Notes: generated from the letters alone by a model not told the origin. 64,000 bases of DNA from Chrysomallon squamiferum (GCA_012295275.1 CM022674.1:15190001-15254000), one strand, 5' to 3'. Positions 1-18,048 are shown, counted from the first letter of the stretch. Numbers and translations: made by a program.

Positions 1-138
1 TGTAAGTGATTACTGAAGTGAGCCATTTTTTTACTAAATAGCCTCCTTTTTTTTTTTTTTTTTTTTAATGTCGAAATTTCAAGATTTTTATATCAGTGAT
101 ATGACTCAGTGTTCGAGCGATAACCTGAAGATTTATAG

Positions 139-311
139 ATCGACCCTCCCCGACTTGTCAGTCCATGCTCAAATACCAGTCTCCGCAATATCAGAAATCA
201 ATTGATTCAGAAGATCACCTTGTAGTTTACCAGCTTCCAACAGAAGATGAAGAAGAAGATGAAGAAGAAGAAGATGATGAAGAAGAAGATGATAGTGATG
301 TCGAAGAATAG
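139..311 (+). CDS. Possible terminal exon of an upstream gene, with an acidic C-terminal tail
   Basis: tttatag acceptor ending at 138, then an open frame RPSPTCQSMLKYQSPQYQKSIDSEDHLVVYQLPTEDEEEDEEEEDDEEEDDSDVEE and TAG at 309-311. Could equally be a degenerate GAA/GAT microsatellite. Confidence 0.25.
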
Positions 312-425
312 GAAAAAAAAAATAATAATAATTTAAAGGAGCCAAATGGCAAAATATCTTTCATTGTAAAGAAATAAAATATTAACATACATATATATCG
401 TTTTTCAAAACACACGAAATCTTGT

Positions 426-507
<82 letters not shown>

Positions 508-877
508 GTATGAAGAAATAAACAAACATATAATCACACATTACTTGAACCTACGTGGTTATTTCTAGATTCAGAAGCAGGAAAACAACTACAGCAACAA
601 ACATCACAAGTATGTCAACTGTCACTTACAACCGGTGTGAGCGGCGATTAGCGGAGAAAATAAGAAGTAAATTAATAATGACTGTAATCTCTTTTCTCTC
701 GGTTCATTGTTGTTCGCAGACATCACACGTCAAATCGGAAACTGCGGAGACGCGGGTTTTGGAACCGGACTTCTGGTCAAGACGTGTCTCAGTGTCGTGT
801 CTGGGGGTGAGCAGACATTCCCCCTTTCCTCATATTTTTTTTTTTTTTTTTTTATGAAACCTGATTTCTACTACTAG

Positions 878-1179
878 TTGTTGTTGTTGTTCTTCGTCGT
901 CGTCGTCTTCTTCTTCTTCTTCATCTTCTTTTTCTTCTTCTTCTTCTTCTTCTTTTTCTTTCTCTTCTTCTTCTTCTTCTTCTTCTTCTTCTTCTTTTTT
1001 CTCCTTCTTCTTTTCATCATCATCATCTTCTTCTTCTTCTTATTCTTCATCTCCTTTTATTTCTTCTTCTTTCTCTTCTTTTTCTTCTTCTTCTTCTTCT
1101 TTTTCTTCTTTTTTCTTCTTCTTCTTCTTCTTCTTCTTTTTCATCTTCTTCTTCTTCTTCTTCTTCGTCTTATAATTAC

Positions 1180-1237
<58 letters not shown>

Positions 1238-1246
1238 TATAATTAA
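878..1246. repeat. Compound (TTC)n/(TTA)n microsatellite
   Basis: Directly visible trinucleotide runs; these explain the poly-F/L/I ORFs. Confidence 0.95.
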
Positions 1247-1857
1247 ATTCATTATTTCTTCATATCTCCTATCTGCATAATTACACCTCTTCTTTTCCGA
1301 TGCTATGAATCCATCCCAATTTCATTTAAATAAACCAGAAACTTAGATTCTGATAAATATTACATCTTCTCCAGCTAATACATATGTAATGGATTCGCGT
1401 TTCCATACTAGATAAAAATCAGAAATATTATTCTGCATTTATTTTCTTGTGTTCTTTCTTTTTTCTTACTGTAACACTGACATTTAGTTGTTTAAATTCT
1501 TATACCAGTCATTTTAAGCACAAAACACAGTTCATCTAAACTGTACATCTTCAGCAACTATAAGCACGTAATTACACAAACATAATATCAGTTACGTAGT
1601 TAAACGTATAATTCGCTGTGTGTAACTACATCTACGTCATTCGTAAGTGGCAGTATTCATGTCAGGCCATCCACTGCACATGCGTATTTAATATAAAGAA
1701 GTACACGTGCAAATTAAACTGCCGTTATTTGTTTTGTTAAAAGTATAATTTACTGTATCTAATCTCTAGAATCAGATGGACAGAGATAGGGCAGATCTCG
1801 TAAATATTTGTCCATAAAAAGAGATGAATGTAGTGTTTATGTGTTTTCCCATTTAGT

Positions 1858-1914
<57 letters not shown>

Positions 1915-2578
1915 CAGATTAATAATTTCTGAACGGGGAAACTACATCGTTTTACAAAGTTATTAAATATTAATTTTACCTATAAATGAGAAATGTGTTT
2001 ATGTGGTTCACTGGCAGATAGACTGTCGCGAATAACAGTCATTATTTATTCGGTATGAATTGAATACAAACGAGGCAAATACATGAACTTGTTTATTAAA
2101 CGAAAGCATGGTTTGAATCGCTAAGCAGTTCATATTAATAGTGATGAAGATAATAAACAAAATGACAAAATCAGCATTTCTGCTCGGGAATGAATGAAAT
2201 TTGTTTTAACGATTCATTAACATATTTTGTTTCTTTCACATTTGTGAAGTATTAATAAGGATGTGACTGTCTTTCTGTCGAAAACTTTATTTTTCTTCTT
2301 TTTTTTCTTTCGTTTCACAAAAGCAGAACTTCTTTTTACAAACCTATCCACAGTGATATTTCAGAAGTAAAATTCAGACATGAATATTTCGTTCTATTAG
2401 TAAACGTGTGATGAATTCAGTTGTGTTACCGTACAATGAACGAATCAATCATTCTGGCTTCAGCAATTGCCTCGTTTAACAATATATTTTATTATTTTAT
2501 TTGGAGACAAAACAAATGATAGTTCCTTCTTTTACTTTTCTTTCCGAAATGGTTTTAATGAAATGTTTACATATGTTA

Positions 2579-2926
2579 CAAGCTGAGTATCGTTTATCCG
2601 AAATGTTTGGTTCCGGAAATATTTCGGCTTTCTGGATTTTTAGAATGCTGTAGTACAAGCAGATAGCCTGAGAATAGGATCTAAGATTAAATGTGAATTC
2701 GATTTATACAGCTTATAAAACTATCCTGCAGTGATTTTTAATATAATGTGTATTATAATTCTGTGCATACAGTAAAAGTTGTCTATCTGAACACTGCGAA
2801 AACTGTAAAATATCACTACTTCTGCTACTAAGCCTGGAATGCAGGTTTCTTCTTTGTTTTTGTTGTTTTTTCTTTGTTTTTTTTTTTTTCTGGAAACTGT
2901 TTCACTTATTAATAATAGGCGACCTG
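2579..2926. mobile_element. Degenerate pogo/Tigger-like (MER46/Tigger4-like) MITE
   Basis: TA|CAAGCTGAGTATCGTTTATCCGAAATGTTTGGTTCCGGAAATATTTCGGC resembles, from memory, the Tigger4/MER46 end CAGGTTGAGTATCCCTTATCCGAAATGCTTGGGACCAGAAGTGTTTCGG. A possible right end CGACCTG|TA lies at 2920-2928. Confidence 0.45.
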
Positions 2927-3251
2927 TATGCTGCAGCTTTTGAATTGTTTCTTTTATTATTTTTTTTTTCCTTTTCTTTCTAAAAACATTTCAGCCTAAT
3001 CGACTATAAATCTATTGAAAATTATTTCTTCAGAATACATTTATATTATTAGATGTTAGAAATGTAACTTCATCTCTTCCTGATTAGGACGCACATTAGG
3101 TTCTGTGTGAATTTCTACACATCACACAAACTGTACAAGCTGAATACAAGACATTACTCCACACAAAGAGAAAGTTAATAAAAGTGTTCGACGGAAATTA
3201 TTTAATCAGAAAACGCCCAAGTCAAGCTTAACAGCAAAACATTTGTTATTG

Positions 3252-6376
<3,125 letters not shown>

Positions 6377-6528
6377 AACAGCTAAGAAAAAAACAAAAAC
6401 ATTTATGAAATCTATAGACAAAAGGATTTTTGATTGTTATAAATATTATTTTTGAAAAACAAAAAATTAATTAATTAATTAATAAAAATAATAATAATAA
6501 TTTAGGAAGTTAATTTATAGTAAATTAT

Positions 6529-7109
6529 TTGGTATGTTCCCAAAACTGGCAGTCTCCAGATTAGGTAAACGGTGAGGTGTTCTAATCCGCTTCCAGAAAT
6601 GGGAAAACTGGCGTGAGCAATTAAGGTCAATTTAGACGCATTGCGATAACGCAATGTGTGAAGAACAGATGGGGCGATACACGAGATTAACTTTAATGAG
6701 CAGTGAATAGCAGAGGTGAGCCGTAATAGAGATTGCAAGAAAATTAATGTTTGGAGACATGAAATTAACGTTATATCTCAGTAACATTTGGAGACAAGAA
6801 ATACTACCAGAAGACAAGCACAAGCTCTTCCAGCTGGGATTGGAGTGCATCACGTGTACCCGGGACATGGCTTCCTACTTGTCAGCTTGCGGTGGAGTGA
6901 TTTCATGTGTAAAGCGTGACTGAATGTGCTTTCAAATTGTGAACAAAATACTGTTTAACAAAAGTACATCAGTTAAGGTGATGGGCCATCAATTAAGGTG
7001 ACGGAACACCAATTAGTAAGGGTGAGCAATAAATTGCCAGAAATGGAACAACTGGCGTGTCCAATTAAGATGTGTTATAATCTCACTGCCAGATTCGGGA
7101 ATAAACCAA
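6529..7109. mobile_element. MITE-like element with about 25-bp imperfect terminal inverted repeats
   Basis: TTGGTATGTTCCCAAAACTGGCAGT (6529-6553) versus the reverse complement of 7085-7109, TTGGTTTATTCCCGAATCTGGCAGT (21/25 identical). An internal direct repeat CCAGAAATGG..AACTGGCGTG..CAATTAAG occurs at about 6593 and 7037. Confidence 0.55.
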
Positions 7110-7169
7110 TTATTAGATAAATAAAAATTGCTGAAGTTTAAAAAGGATAACAAAAAACTAAACACTTAC

Positions 7170-7290
7170 CGCTTTCTGTAATCCTACACAAACAATGAAG
7201 ACGATATCGCAATGATAAAATAAAATATCTCAATAGTATTTCCGATGTCTTGACTCGTCTCTGACTTGTGAAAATTTGTTTTGAAAGCTG
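7170..7290 (-). other. Probable non-coding first (5'UTR) exon of the sulfotransferase
   Basis: Strong G|GTAAGT donor (plus-strand acttac at 7164-7169). The first coding exon has an acceptor at 6382-6383, only 5 nt before its ATG, so an upstream exon is required. The 5' limit is approximate. Confidence 0.5.
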
Positions 7291-7645
7291 AGAACGCTGA
7301 AAACCTGTTGTTACATAATAAAGGCAGACACATAGTAGCTGTGCAGTGTAGTGTATCGTGACACGGTTAAATGATTTTGTCCAAGGACGCGTTTTCTCGA
7401 CCCACTGAATTTAACTGAATCAGAAAAGTTAAATATAGAAACGTTTGAAATGACCTCTGTCAACAGAACAAGGGATGAAAGGATAATTCGTTACAGAAAT
7501 AACAAATAAGTTTTAAATATACAGGTACGTTAGTTCATTAGAATGCATTATGTACTTTTTTTAATAATAATAATAATAATTATAATAATGATGACGATGA
7601 TAATGATCATGATGATAATAATAATAATTGTTGTTGTTGTTGTTA

Positions 7646-7711
<66 letters not shown>

Positions 7712-7848
7712 ACAGTAACATAAACCATAATAATTATAAAACAATAACAAAATAATAATAACAATAATAATGAGAGGGGGAGAGAGAGAGAACAACACTA
7801 GAGCCAGCATAAAATTGAAATTGTGAGTGAAACAAACAATCATATACA

Positions 7849-7891
<43 letters not shown>

Positions 7892-9201
7892 ATCTAATAA
7901 TAAACGACAGAGAGAAGCAATGACAGAAAGAGACTGAAGAAAAACAGATTTGATTTGTAAATTTCTCAAGGTTTTCTTTATAATAATCACAATCACTCTC
8001 CTGGCACAGTAGTAATGCATGAACAGTGCACATCATTCTGTACGTTTCAACTGTGACGACGAGAGGTTAAAAAATATAGGATCATTTGTCCGTGAAATGT
8101 AATAAAACCACAGGTTTTTTTTTTAATGTCTTAACCACACCCTGGATGTTTTTAAATAGTTATTTATGGTAGATAATTTACCATTTAAAACATTTATGAA
8201 TTTTCAAGAAACCCATAAAATATTTTTTTTTCTTCACTCACAAAATACATACGCACAATATATTCAATAGGCTTTCGGGATGTTATTAGTATCCGTAAAC
8301 TGCCGATGCCGATGACTTCCGAATTAAAACGACTAATATATTTACGATCGTCCGAACATTAAAGCTGTCTTCCATGATACAATTATATCCATTAACATTT
8401 TATCGTGAATTTTACTACTTCGCTCTCTGAGGAAAACAATAATATATTGTAGTCTTTGATTAATGTAGTTTTAACTTACCAGTAGTTTTGGACAGGTAAC
8501 GAGAATTGACGAAAACTAACGATTTTTTATGAGAAAAGAACTTAAAATCAATTTATAGAAATGAAATTTATATTCTCCAGTGGACATTTTTTTAGTAGGT
8601 AATTTAATCAACAAACTGATAATAGTTTTCAGTAATATCTTTCTTTTAGAACTGTTGTATTTTAAAATATCGATGTTTTGGGGTTTTTTATTTTTATTTT
8701 TTAACTTTATTTATTTATTTACTTAGTTAATTAGTTATTATTTATCAATCTACTTCTTCATGCTGTTGTTTTTGTTTGGCTTCCTTTTATTTAATGCATA
8801 CTTAGAACAGAATAATAATAAAAAGTCTTCATTTTTCTTATATTTTTTGTTTTCTTTTTATTTGTTATTTTGTTAACTGTTTGGCTGGTTTATTTATTTG
8901 TTTATGATTTGTACATTCATAACTGAATCGATTGCCAATGACCCAGCTGGATGTATCAGATAAGCCGAGTTTGATAAGGGAGATAAGCCGCTCCATTTCC
9001 TGGAATCCGTGGATATTCCAGCTCAGAATCAATCAGCAGGTTCTAGAGCCTCACAACTGAACCGTTGTAGCAAAACTTCCCCCAAAAATTCCATTCAACT
9101 GTGTAAAACGAAATCGTAAATCAGCCTGCTGTGTCTTCATCAAAACTGTAGAATCAAGGATCTGGATGCTTCTATAGAACAGAGCGAAAGAAGGAGGAGT
9201 G

Positions 9202-9321
<120 letters not shown>

Positions 9322-9347
9322 GTAAAAATAAAGGTTTATGTGTATTA

Positions 9348-9650
9348 TTTAAAGAATTTTTTATTTAACCTGATTTAGGACTCAGGCCAGACAGTAATTA
9401 TTTTTGTACTTTTTTTTCTGTCTTATATCTGAGCCATTCTAATATATAAATTGTAAAAGATACATTGTACAAAACGATATATAAAAATACAACTGAAAAT
9501 GGTGAACATTACCTTAAGAGGTTTCTAAATTGTATTTGTAATTACAGGGGACGTGTCTGACTGGAAGAACTGGTTCACAGAACGAGTTGTTTGATGACGT
9601 CTACACAAACACAATGAAGTCATCAAAACTCAGAACTGTATACCAAATGC
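9348..9650 (+). pseudogene. Inverted orphan duplicate of the sulfotransferase last exon plus about 200 bp of upstream intron
   Basis: Reverse-complement match to about 3255-3580. Acceptor ATTACAG at 9541-9547, then GDVSDWKNWFT. An 8-bp deletion (GGTGTCAC) relative to the intact exon shifts the frame. I found no other paralogous exons nearby. Confidence 0.85.
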
Positions 9651-11247
9651 GATTCGTGTGTTAGTAAAATATCAGACTTTGGGGTTCTTCTGGATATCAC
9701 TTTTTGGCATGCATCATTATGTGTGCGTTTTTGAGTTCGTGTTTGTGTGCGAGAACGTAAACGAGTGAGTATAATTATGAGTTTTAAAATATGTGTTATT
9801 TGTAAATATGATATAATATTTTCTTTACATATTTGGTATCTTTTTTTGTTTCTTTTTATATGTGCGTGTGAATTTCTATTAATGACTTTAAGGCTTTGGT
9901 GTTTGTCTTGGTGAAGCGTAATCAGGACGTATTGTTTTTTTCTAGATACCTGTGTCACGTCATTTGTAGACTAATACAATTGGTGTTCTTTTTCATCTAA
10001 TATAATCTCTCCATTTTGAACTGAAAGCATACCTATTTGTACGAAAGTTGCATGTATCATCAGTTTATTGTAATGAAATACGAATATTTATTGTAATTAG
10101 TATAAATATGTTTTAATTAGTAAAACTTAAGTGTTTGTTCACATGAATGATAATAGAAAGTTTCGTATTTTCATATCTGTTTTTAATTTTTATTTATTTA
10201 TATTATTTTTTTTTATTAAACATTGTGTTATATGCTGTTTGGAGAAAATGTAAAAAGAAAATCTACACATATTCTTAAAACTAAATTAGCAGTCGTAATC
10301 ATAATCATTAGAAAGCAATCTGAGATCATGTTTTCTTAAATTCTGTTATTAAAAAAAGAATTTTTTTTAAAAAATAAAAATATTTCGAGGATAAGAAATA
10401 GCTTGCAAATTGCTTTTTTTTTATGAAGCGAATGAGTTTTTCGATTATCTATCGTCATCTTCTATCTCTTAACTTTTTTTTTCTTGTGATTTGTAAAAAT
10501 AATTTGCAAAATGAAACTGCACCATTATCGCCTACATAACCATCTGCGACAGACGTGGAGTGCTTCTCTGCACACTGGAAATAGAAGTAAATTCGTATGC
10601 ACTACGATGCGCGATTCTCAAATTTCCTGCAACACAAACTGTGCTTGTGACAGACTGTAATCACCAAGCAGCGGGCAATCTTCACAATCTGTCAAAACAC
10701 AACACTTATCGCGCCTACCCTCTGCCGCTTACGAGATAGCAAAATTGGCTTCTTTTTTTTTTTTGTCCATGTGTGAAGCATTCAGATGCTCTTCGTGCAA
10801 ATAGCGGGATGTAGTGGTTGACGCGCGATTCCGCCGGCTCTGACAGGTGAATCAATAGGTAGACGCGTTCTCTTCACTAAAAGCGTGGTGGCAAAAGTTA
10901 CTAATAATTTGCTTCAAAGCGGGCCGCGCTGAGTGAATCTTCTTTCGTCTGCTCGGCTGTCAGTGTTGGCAAATGGCGGCGGGTGTCTCCTGTTAATTAC
11001 AGTCGATGATAGAGAATTAAAAAAAAAAAAATCTCTTTAGGTACAAATGACAAGTTCTCCGAAATCTCGCATTCGGAGAAAGGTATTATCGTTAGTTATA
11101 TAATTTCGGTTCTATATAATTATGTGTCTGGTTAAATAACGTTATCAAAATCTCACTCAATCATATTCTTTTTCATTATTTATTGATGTCGTTCTCTCTT
11201 TTCTTTTACTCCTGCCACCTGTACCTACCTACCTTTTCACTGTATCT

Positions 11248-11333
<86 letters not shown>

Positions 11334-11661
11334 CCCCTCAGTGTATATATATATATATAAAAACACACACACACATATATGGATGTTAACAGCCGATACA
11401 ATCTATAGAGTTAGTAAACTATTGTGGTGTCTCTGATATCTAGGTGAACTCTTTTAGTCCGCCACGTATTTCAATCTACAGTCTTGCAGAATAAACAGTA
11501 TTTAAAGTATCACTTGAATACGGTAATCTTCAATTATCGCTGGGAAAGTTCTGAAACGGAAGTCTGAAACGGAAGTCATGTGATATGATGATGTTTTTAG
11601 AGATTTGATTTCGACAAATCAACATTGTTTAAGGAAGAAAAAAGGGAAATAAAATGAGAAA

Positions 11662-11746
<85 letters not shown>

Positions 11747-12688
11747 GAAAAAAAAAGAAGAAAAATATTAAAATAATAAATGAAAATACACGAAAATACC
11801 TGAAGCTATTTTTTTCATTTATCATCATCATCATATTAATTAATAATCTTCGCTCTCACTCTGTAATATGTTTGACTCTTGGTGACTCTTTATATCAAGG
11901 TACGTCGAGATTTCATTAAGCAACCGCTTCATTCAGTTTTCATAAAAACAGTTAAACCATAATGAAAAGCAACAAATACAAATATTTAATCTGAGTGTCT
12001 CTGCGTGCGTATCTATGTGTGGGTGTGAGTTTGTATTCACATATGTTTATATATATTTGTTTGTGTATGTCTATAAATATAATACGTAGTTATTTCTGTA
12101 TTACTTCGTGTGACTTTTCTCGTGCAAAGTTTGTTACAAAATAAAATTAAATATAATCATTACTTATTGATTACTGTCACGTTATTTATTAACGCTTTAG
12201 AAAAACTGTGATTAAGCTTTTGTCACTACTATACAAGTATGCCTGGCATGTAAACATGTCCTTTTGACTTCTTCAGCACCTAGCTTTGCTGTGGTATTTA
12301 TTCGAATTCTTTAACCATTCCACAAACAGTTCATTTCCGGACTGTCATTTTTTGTCCGATTTTTGTTTTCTTTTCATTACTGTTGTTCGTTACTTCGTTA
12401 ATTATTACTTCCGTGCCAGCAACACATCTGCTGAATTATTCATTTTGTCAGTTCATTCCCTCGGTGTTTGTTTCAATTCAGCCACAATGATTAAACGAAT
12501 TTTCTTCTCTATTTTTTTTTTTTTTTTTTTTTATCGTTCTTCAGTAAAAACTAGAAAAGCCATAATAATTAATGAAAGGAAATCATTTTTCAGAGTTTAT
12601 TTTAATTTTATTTTGTTTGGTTTTTTTCGACTGTGTCAAATGCGTGTGATGAGGAAGAGAATGAAGTGATAGCTTTACGTTATTTATT

Positions 12689-12758
<70 letters not shown>

Positions 12759-14008
12759 TAGTTTCTTTTTCATTTTTTGACATTTATACTGAAATATAAT
12801 CAAATCATCCTCTCTCTCTTTTTCATAAATCCGGGATCCGCCCCTTTGAACCTGATACAATTAGCTTCTTCGGTCGTTCACCATTAAATTAGATTGCGCT
12901 GTTACACTTTCATTATGCTGCGCTCTCTGAGGGGGCAAACTAATGACGTAATTGATGCTGTATCATCCCTTAGGAGAAAGGTAATGACGTAACAAAGAAT
13001 AAAGAATAACATTAAATGGAATGCAGAAGACTATAGAATACAAAAATGCACACTGATATGCAAGGAAATGAGACCTGGAAAGAATTACGTATTTAGGAAG
13101 ATACAATTTCAATAAAATAAGGTTGTATGTGTCTGAAGGAAACAAACTAACTAGACGGCAGTGTGAGACAGATAACCAAATAAAACTGTAACTAAAATGG
13201 TTACGTGATATTGAATGTTGTGGTCTGATCTGTAGGAGAATGTTAGTGTGTTTGTTTCCATGTAGCGTTCGTTGAACCGGTTTTCAAGTCAATCTCAGGT
13301 AGATTCACAGTAAAACAGTATCTTACTGAATGTTTCGATATAATCTACAGTGAAAAATGGTGAATGTGATTTTAGTGAGCATGTAGATACAGTATGCTTA
13401 TATATTAAACATCTGTGTATACCACGTAACAAAGGATTGTCTGTAAACATAATAAATAGTATTGTTACATAGATAGTAATATTAGAAACATACACACATA
13501 TACACACACATACACCACTACATACATATATGCATATATACACATATACAAACATAAATAAATAAATAAATAAATAAATTAATTAATTAATTAAAACATA
13601 CCAGAAAAGAAATAACATTTCAAAATTATCGATTAGCTATCTGTAGAGAACAAATATTATTCAGGTAATGAAATCTTCATACATGATAATAATATTATTA
13701 TGTCGTTCTATTGTTATGACGTAGTTACCAGGTTTTGAAGCAATAACATTAAACACGTGGAGGGTATTTAACTGTGCTCTGTCTGTATTCTACCGTAATA
13801 CATATATCAGATGCCATTTCTGGCTTGCAAACTCACAACGTATTTATTTTAAACATACAAACATTGCATACTTACTGCTGTTGTAACAGGATTGAAGACA
13901 GTGACTTGATGACGTAAATCTATTCTGACGTCATAATAGTCACCTCTGGCACCGGCAAAATGTCTTTCTGAATACTTTTACGACCAGTTTTACCATCACT
14001 ATATATAG

Positions 14009-14039
<31 letters not shown>

Positions 14040-14775
14040 TTTTAAAAAGGGATAAAATTATTTAAAAAAAAAAGAAAAAAAGTAATTGATAGAAACTAAA
14101 TGAGCGAAAGAAAGAGCTGAAACCTATATTTTCAACAACCCTCAGAAATAATATAATTTTTTTTTTTTTTTTTTTTTAAAATGAAGAAAGTATAAAAATG
14201 TATCATTTGCTTTAGGGAACTTTTTTAGTTAACATGGAAAAACATTAACGCTTTTAAATTCTAAAAGCAGTGACTGCAAGCGATTTGATACTGTTAGAAA
14301 ATACAATTACGGCCACAAAAAAACCTATAGCACGATATAACAAAATTAATCGTTGCCGATAACATGAAAGAAGGAGAAAAACATCAGAACACAATTTCGT
14401 GAAGCACACACGAAAGTGTCAAACAGTTCGTACTGGACAAAGTTAAGCGTAAAATTAAATTGAAGTCTGTAACAATATTTCCGCTGCGCTGTACTTCACG
14501 GGTAATAGGGATGCCCTAGAACGCGGTTCTGTGTTTTATGGGCTAACGAACGAGATAAAGGAAGATAAAGTAATGGAAAGTGTCAATAACTCAGCTGTTT
14601 TTATTCGTTTTTATAAAATGTATTAATGTATGTCTTTATTTTATAAAGTATACTACTGTTACTGCCTTACTTCTACTGCATCTGTTGCTACTGTACTACC
14701 AATATTCCTATTATTACAATGCTACTGCTACTACTACTATTAATACTACTAATACTACTACTACCACTATACTGC

Positions 14776-14890
14776 TGTTACTGCTATTACTATTACGTCT
14801 GCTACTACTGCTATTACTATTACGTCTGCTACTACTGCTATTACTATTACGTCTGCTACTACAGCTATTACTATTACGTCTGCTACTTCT
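14776..14890. repeat. 27-bp tandem repeat (about 4 copies) inside a (TAC)n-rich tract
   Basis: TGCTATTACTATTACGTCTGCTACTAC repeated. Confidence 0.85.
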
Positions 14891-15453
14891 ACTATTACTA
14901 CTACTGCTACTGCTACAACTTCCATTATTACTACTACAACTGTTGCTACTACTACAATAACTACTAATACTACTACCACTGCTAAGTTACAGCTACTATG
15001 CTACGACTCTTATTACTATTACTATTACTATACTACGTCTACCACTATCATTACTATTTCTAATACTCTTACTATCATTACTATTACTGCCGCTACTGCT
15101 ACTACGTTTTGCTTCTACTATTACTTTTTGCTACCACTACTACTACGACAATTATCATCATCACCACTACCTGTACCACTACTATTGTTACTATTACTGC
15201 CACTATGACTACCATTATTGTTAATACTACTAGTATATTTACCATTACTTTTACTATTATTACTATTCCTACGATAACACTTTTACTCCTGTTTATTAAC
15301 TACTCCTTTTGTTTCTACCACCACAGCCAATCTTATTATTACTAGTCATCCTACCAATAGTATTTATCATTACAATTTTTATCAGAGCCAATACTACTGC
15401 TAGTTCAACATTACTATTATAAAACGTCTATAAATGTTTACCTGTCAAATTAA

Positions 15454-15524
<71 letters not shown>

Positions 15525-15667
15525 TAACAATAACAATAACAATAACAATAATAATAACAATAATAAATGTCCACACTTCTGGCAGATGATTAAAGGAGGA
15601 AGATATGTTCTATTTAACCACACACAAACAGAGTTATATGATATATAATGTCTAGCTAACCGACATG

Positions 15668-15761
<94 letters not shown>

Positions 15762-17459
15762 CGTTGAGACAATGCGATAAGGCTTCTCCTTTTTAATCAG
15801 CAGGAAGTAGTCTTCTATATACACCTTCCCAAAGATATGAAAGAACCGACAAATAGACGTGAGAACTGATTGAAACGAGAAACTGTCAAGTTGCTGTGCT
15901 GAGAAGGATCGATCCTTTGATAATCGTGCTTCATTTCTGTGTGATCTAACCAATGAACTAAAACCTACTGTTTAAAGGTCAATGTCATCAAAACATTTCT
16001 GTTTAAGAGTTTACTAGTATGTCTTCCTCCGAAGACAGAATCGATCTCAAGACATACCAATCCTAAAGACCTAAGTGCTAACCAGTGCATCACATAGAAT
16101 CTCTCGAATAAAGTACATTTGTGAAGTTACTGTGTTGTATCAAAAGTCAGTTACAGTTACAGCTCTGTAACTGTAAAATACAACCAAATTAAAATAGTTC
16201 TAAATCACTTTAAACAGAATTTCAATGTTCTGTTTTATTTTGCAGTATCTCGGTAGTTCTTCATTAAACAAGAAGTAATGGGATTCTGTCCTGGAGGACT
16301 GTTCGTTCCATTATTTATCTACAACACAGAATAACTGAGATATTTCTTTTGACGACTGGTACCAGTATGCATATTCAGCGCGCTGTCAAACGCAATGACA
16401 GCTAGCGACACGGATATGGCCTCCGGTTCATTGCCACTTGGCGCGTGTTCGTTATGGATTTCCGGGGCGCGTTTGATTAATGTATTCCGACACTGGTCTA
16501 ATTAAGTGCTACATTGATTAACTGTTAGTTTTGTGTTCTGTGCAATGGAATCGTTACCGTAAAATTGAACGTTGGAATGTTCTCAAGCCACCAAATACAG
16601 CAACAAAGTATTGCTTCGTCGATGCGCAATTTGCATCCATTACTGCGATTTTTCAGTTACTTCTTGTCGAGACTTCGGCGTGCGAGGTGCTAGAGAACAC
16701 AGCCAGGATCGATAACTCTTATATGCTTCTTTTTTTCATTAACTTTTATACGAAGCAAACGTATTTGCTTTATCATGCAATTTAATTCTTTGTCTTTCTC
16801 TCTCTATGAAACTGCGACTGAAGCAGTAATCCAAGAAAACAAAATATGGATAAATTGAATGAAGAATATAAAAAGAAATGCAAATCCTTTTGATCGACTG
16901 ATATTCGGTCATTAGCCATATTCACTTATGAAAAAAAAAATTCACAATCTTTTTCTTATATTCTGCCTTGTTGTTGTTGTTGTTGTTGTTCTTCTTCTTC
17001 TTCTTCTTGTAGACGGTATACTGACCTCTCTAAAAAGATTAATACCTTCAAACAGGCGATTAGGTGGTCAGTGAACTCGTCCTGGGCACACTGGTAACCA
17101 GAATCAATTCCACCCGCGGTTACTATTACTCTGTCTGGTTTATTACAAGTCTAAAATCCGATTTCTTCTTTCTTCTTCATAATTTTTTTCTTCTTCCAGA
17201 CTTTGTGATAATCGATAGAAATTGCCCATGGAATATCGGCAGCAAGTTAAAATAGGGGAGTCGTTATGAACAAATTTTAGTGCGTTTTTATGTAGTCTTC
17301 ATTGAACCGGTTGTCAAGGAATGTTAAGGTGGAGCATTTTTTTCGATGATTTGAAAAAATAAAATGTTTTATTATTGTTATTATTCTTTGTTATTTGTTT
17401 TATTGAATGGAGCGTTTTCCGAGGTTCTGAATGATCCGTTTATGTGTTGGTGCATAAGT

Positions 17460-17580
<121 letters not shown>

Positions 17581-18048
17581 AATTAATAAAAATGGACGCA
17601 TGATTCATAAAATTCGTCAGCTATATCTTGTACAGGAAAATATTAAAATATTGTTATAATTGAAAAAATCTTTTTTTTTTTTTTTTTTTTTCATTGCTAG
17701 CCAACCATTAATTCTGGTGAGTTTAATCAAACTAATAAATCTCATATGAAGACGAAGAAAACGAGACAAGAAAAGTTTGAGTGTTTGTTGACTAGTCAGA
17801 GACCAGTCAACAAAGTAAAAGAAGCAGACAGAAACATAGGCCACGCTGCTGATAGTTTATTTGTATTTATTTATTTATTTTCTTTCTTATAATGTTGTTT
17901 GTTTGTTGTTGTTGTTGTTAATATATATATATACTGCTCGTTTGCCAGAAAGGTATATATGTAATTGTCATCTGTGCGATAACGTTGCTGTTGTTTTATT
18001 TATTCTGCGTCTTCTTCTTCTTCTTCTTTCTTCTTCTTCTTCTTCTTC

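Noticed and set aside
17053-17120. tRNA-like A/B-box spacing
   Set aside because: The boxes are too degenerate and there is no cloverleaf; at most a SINE relic.
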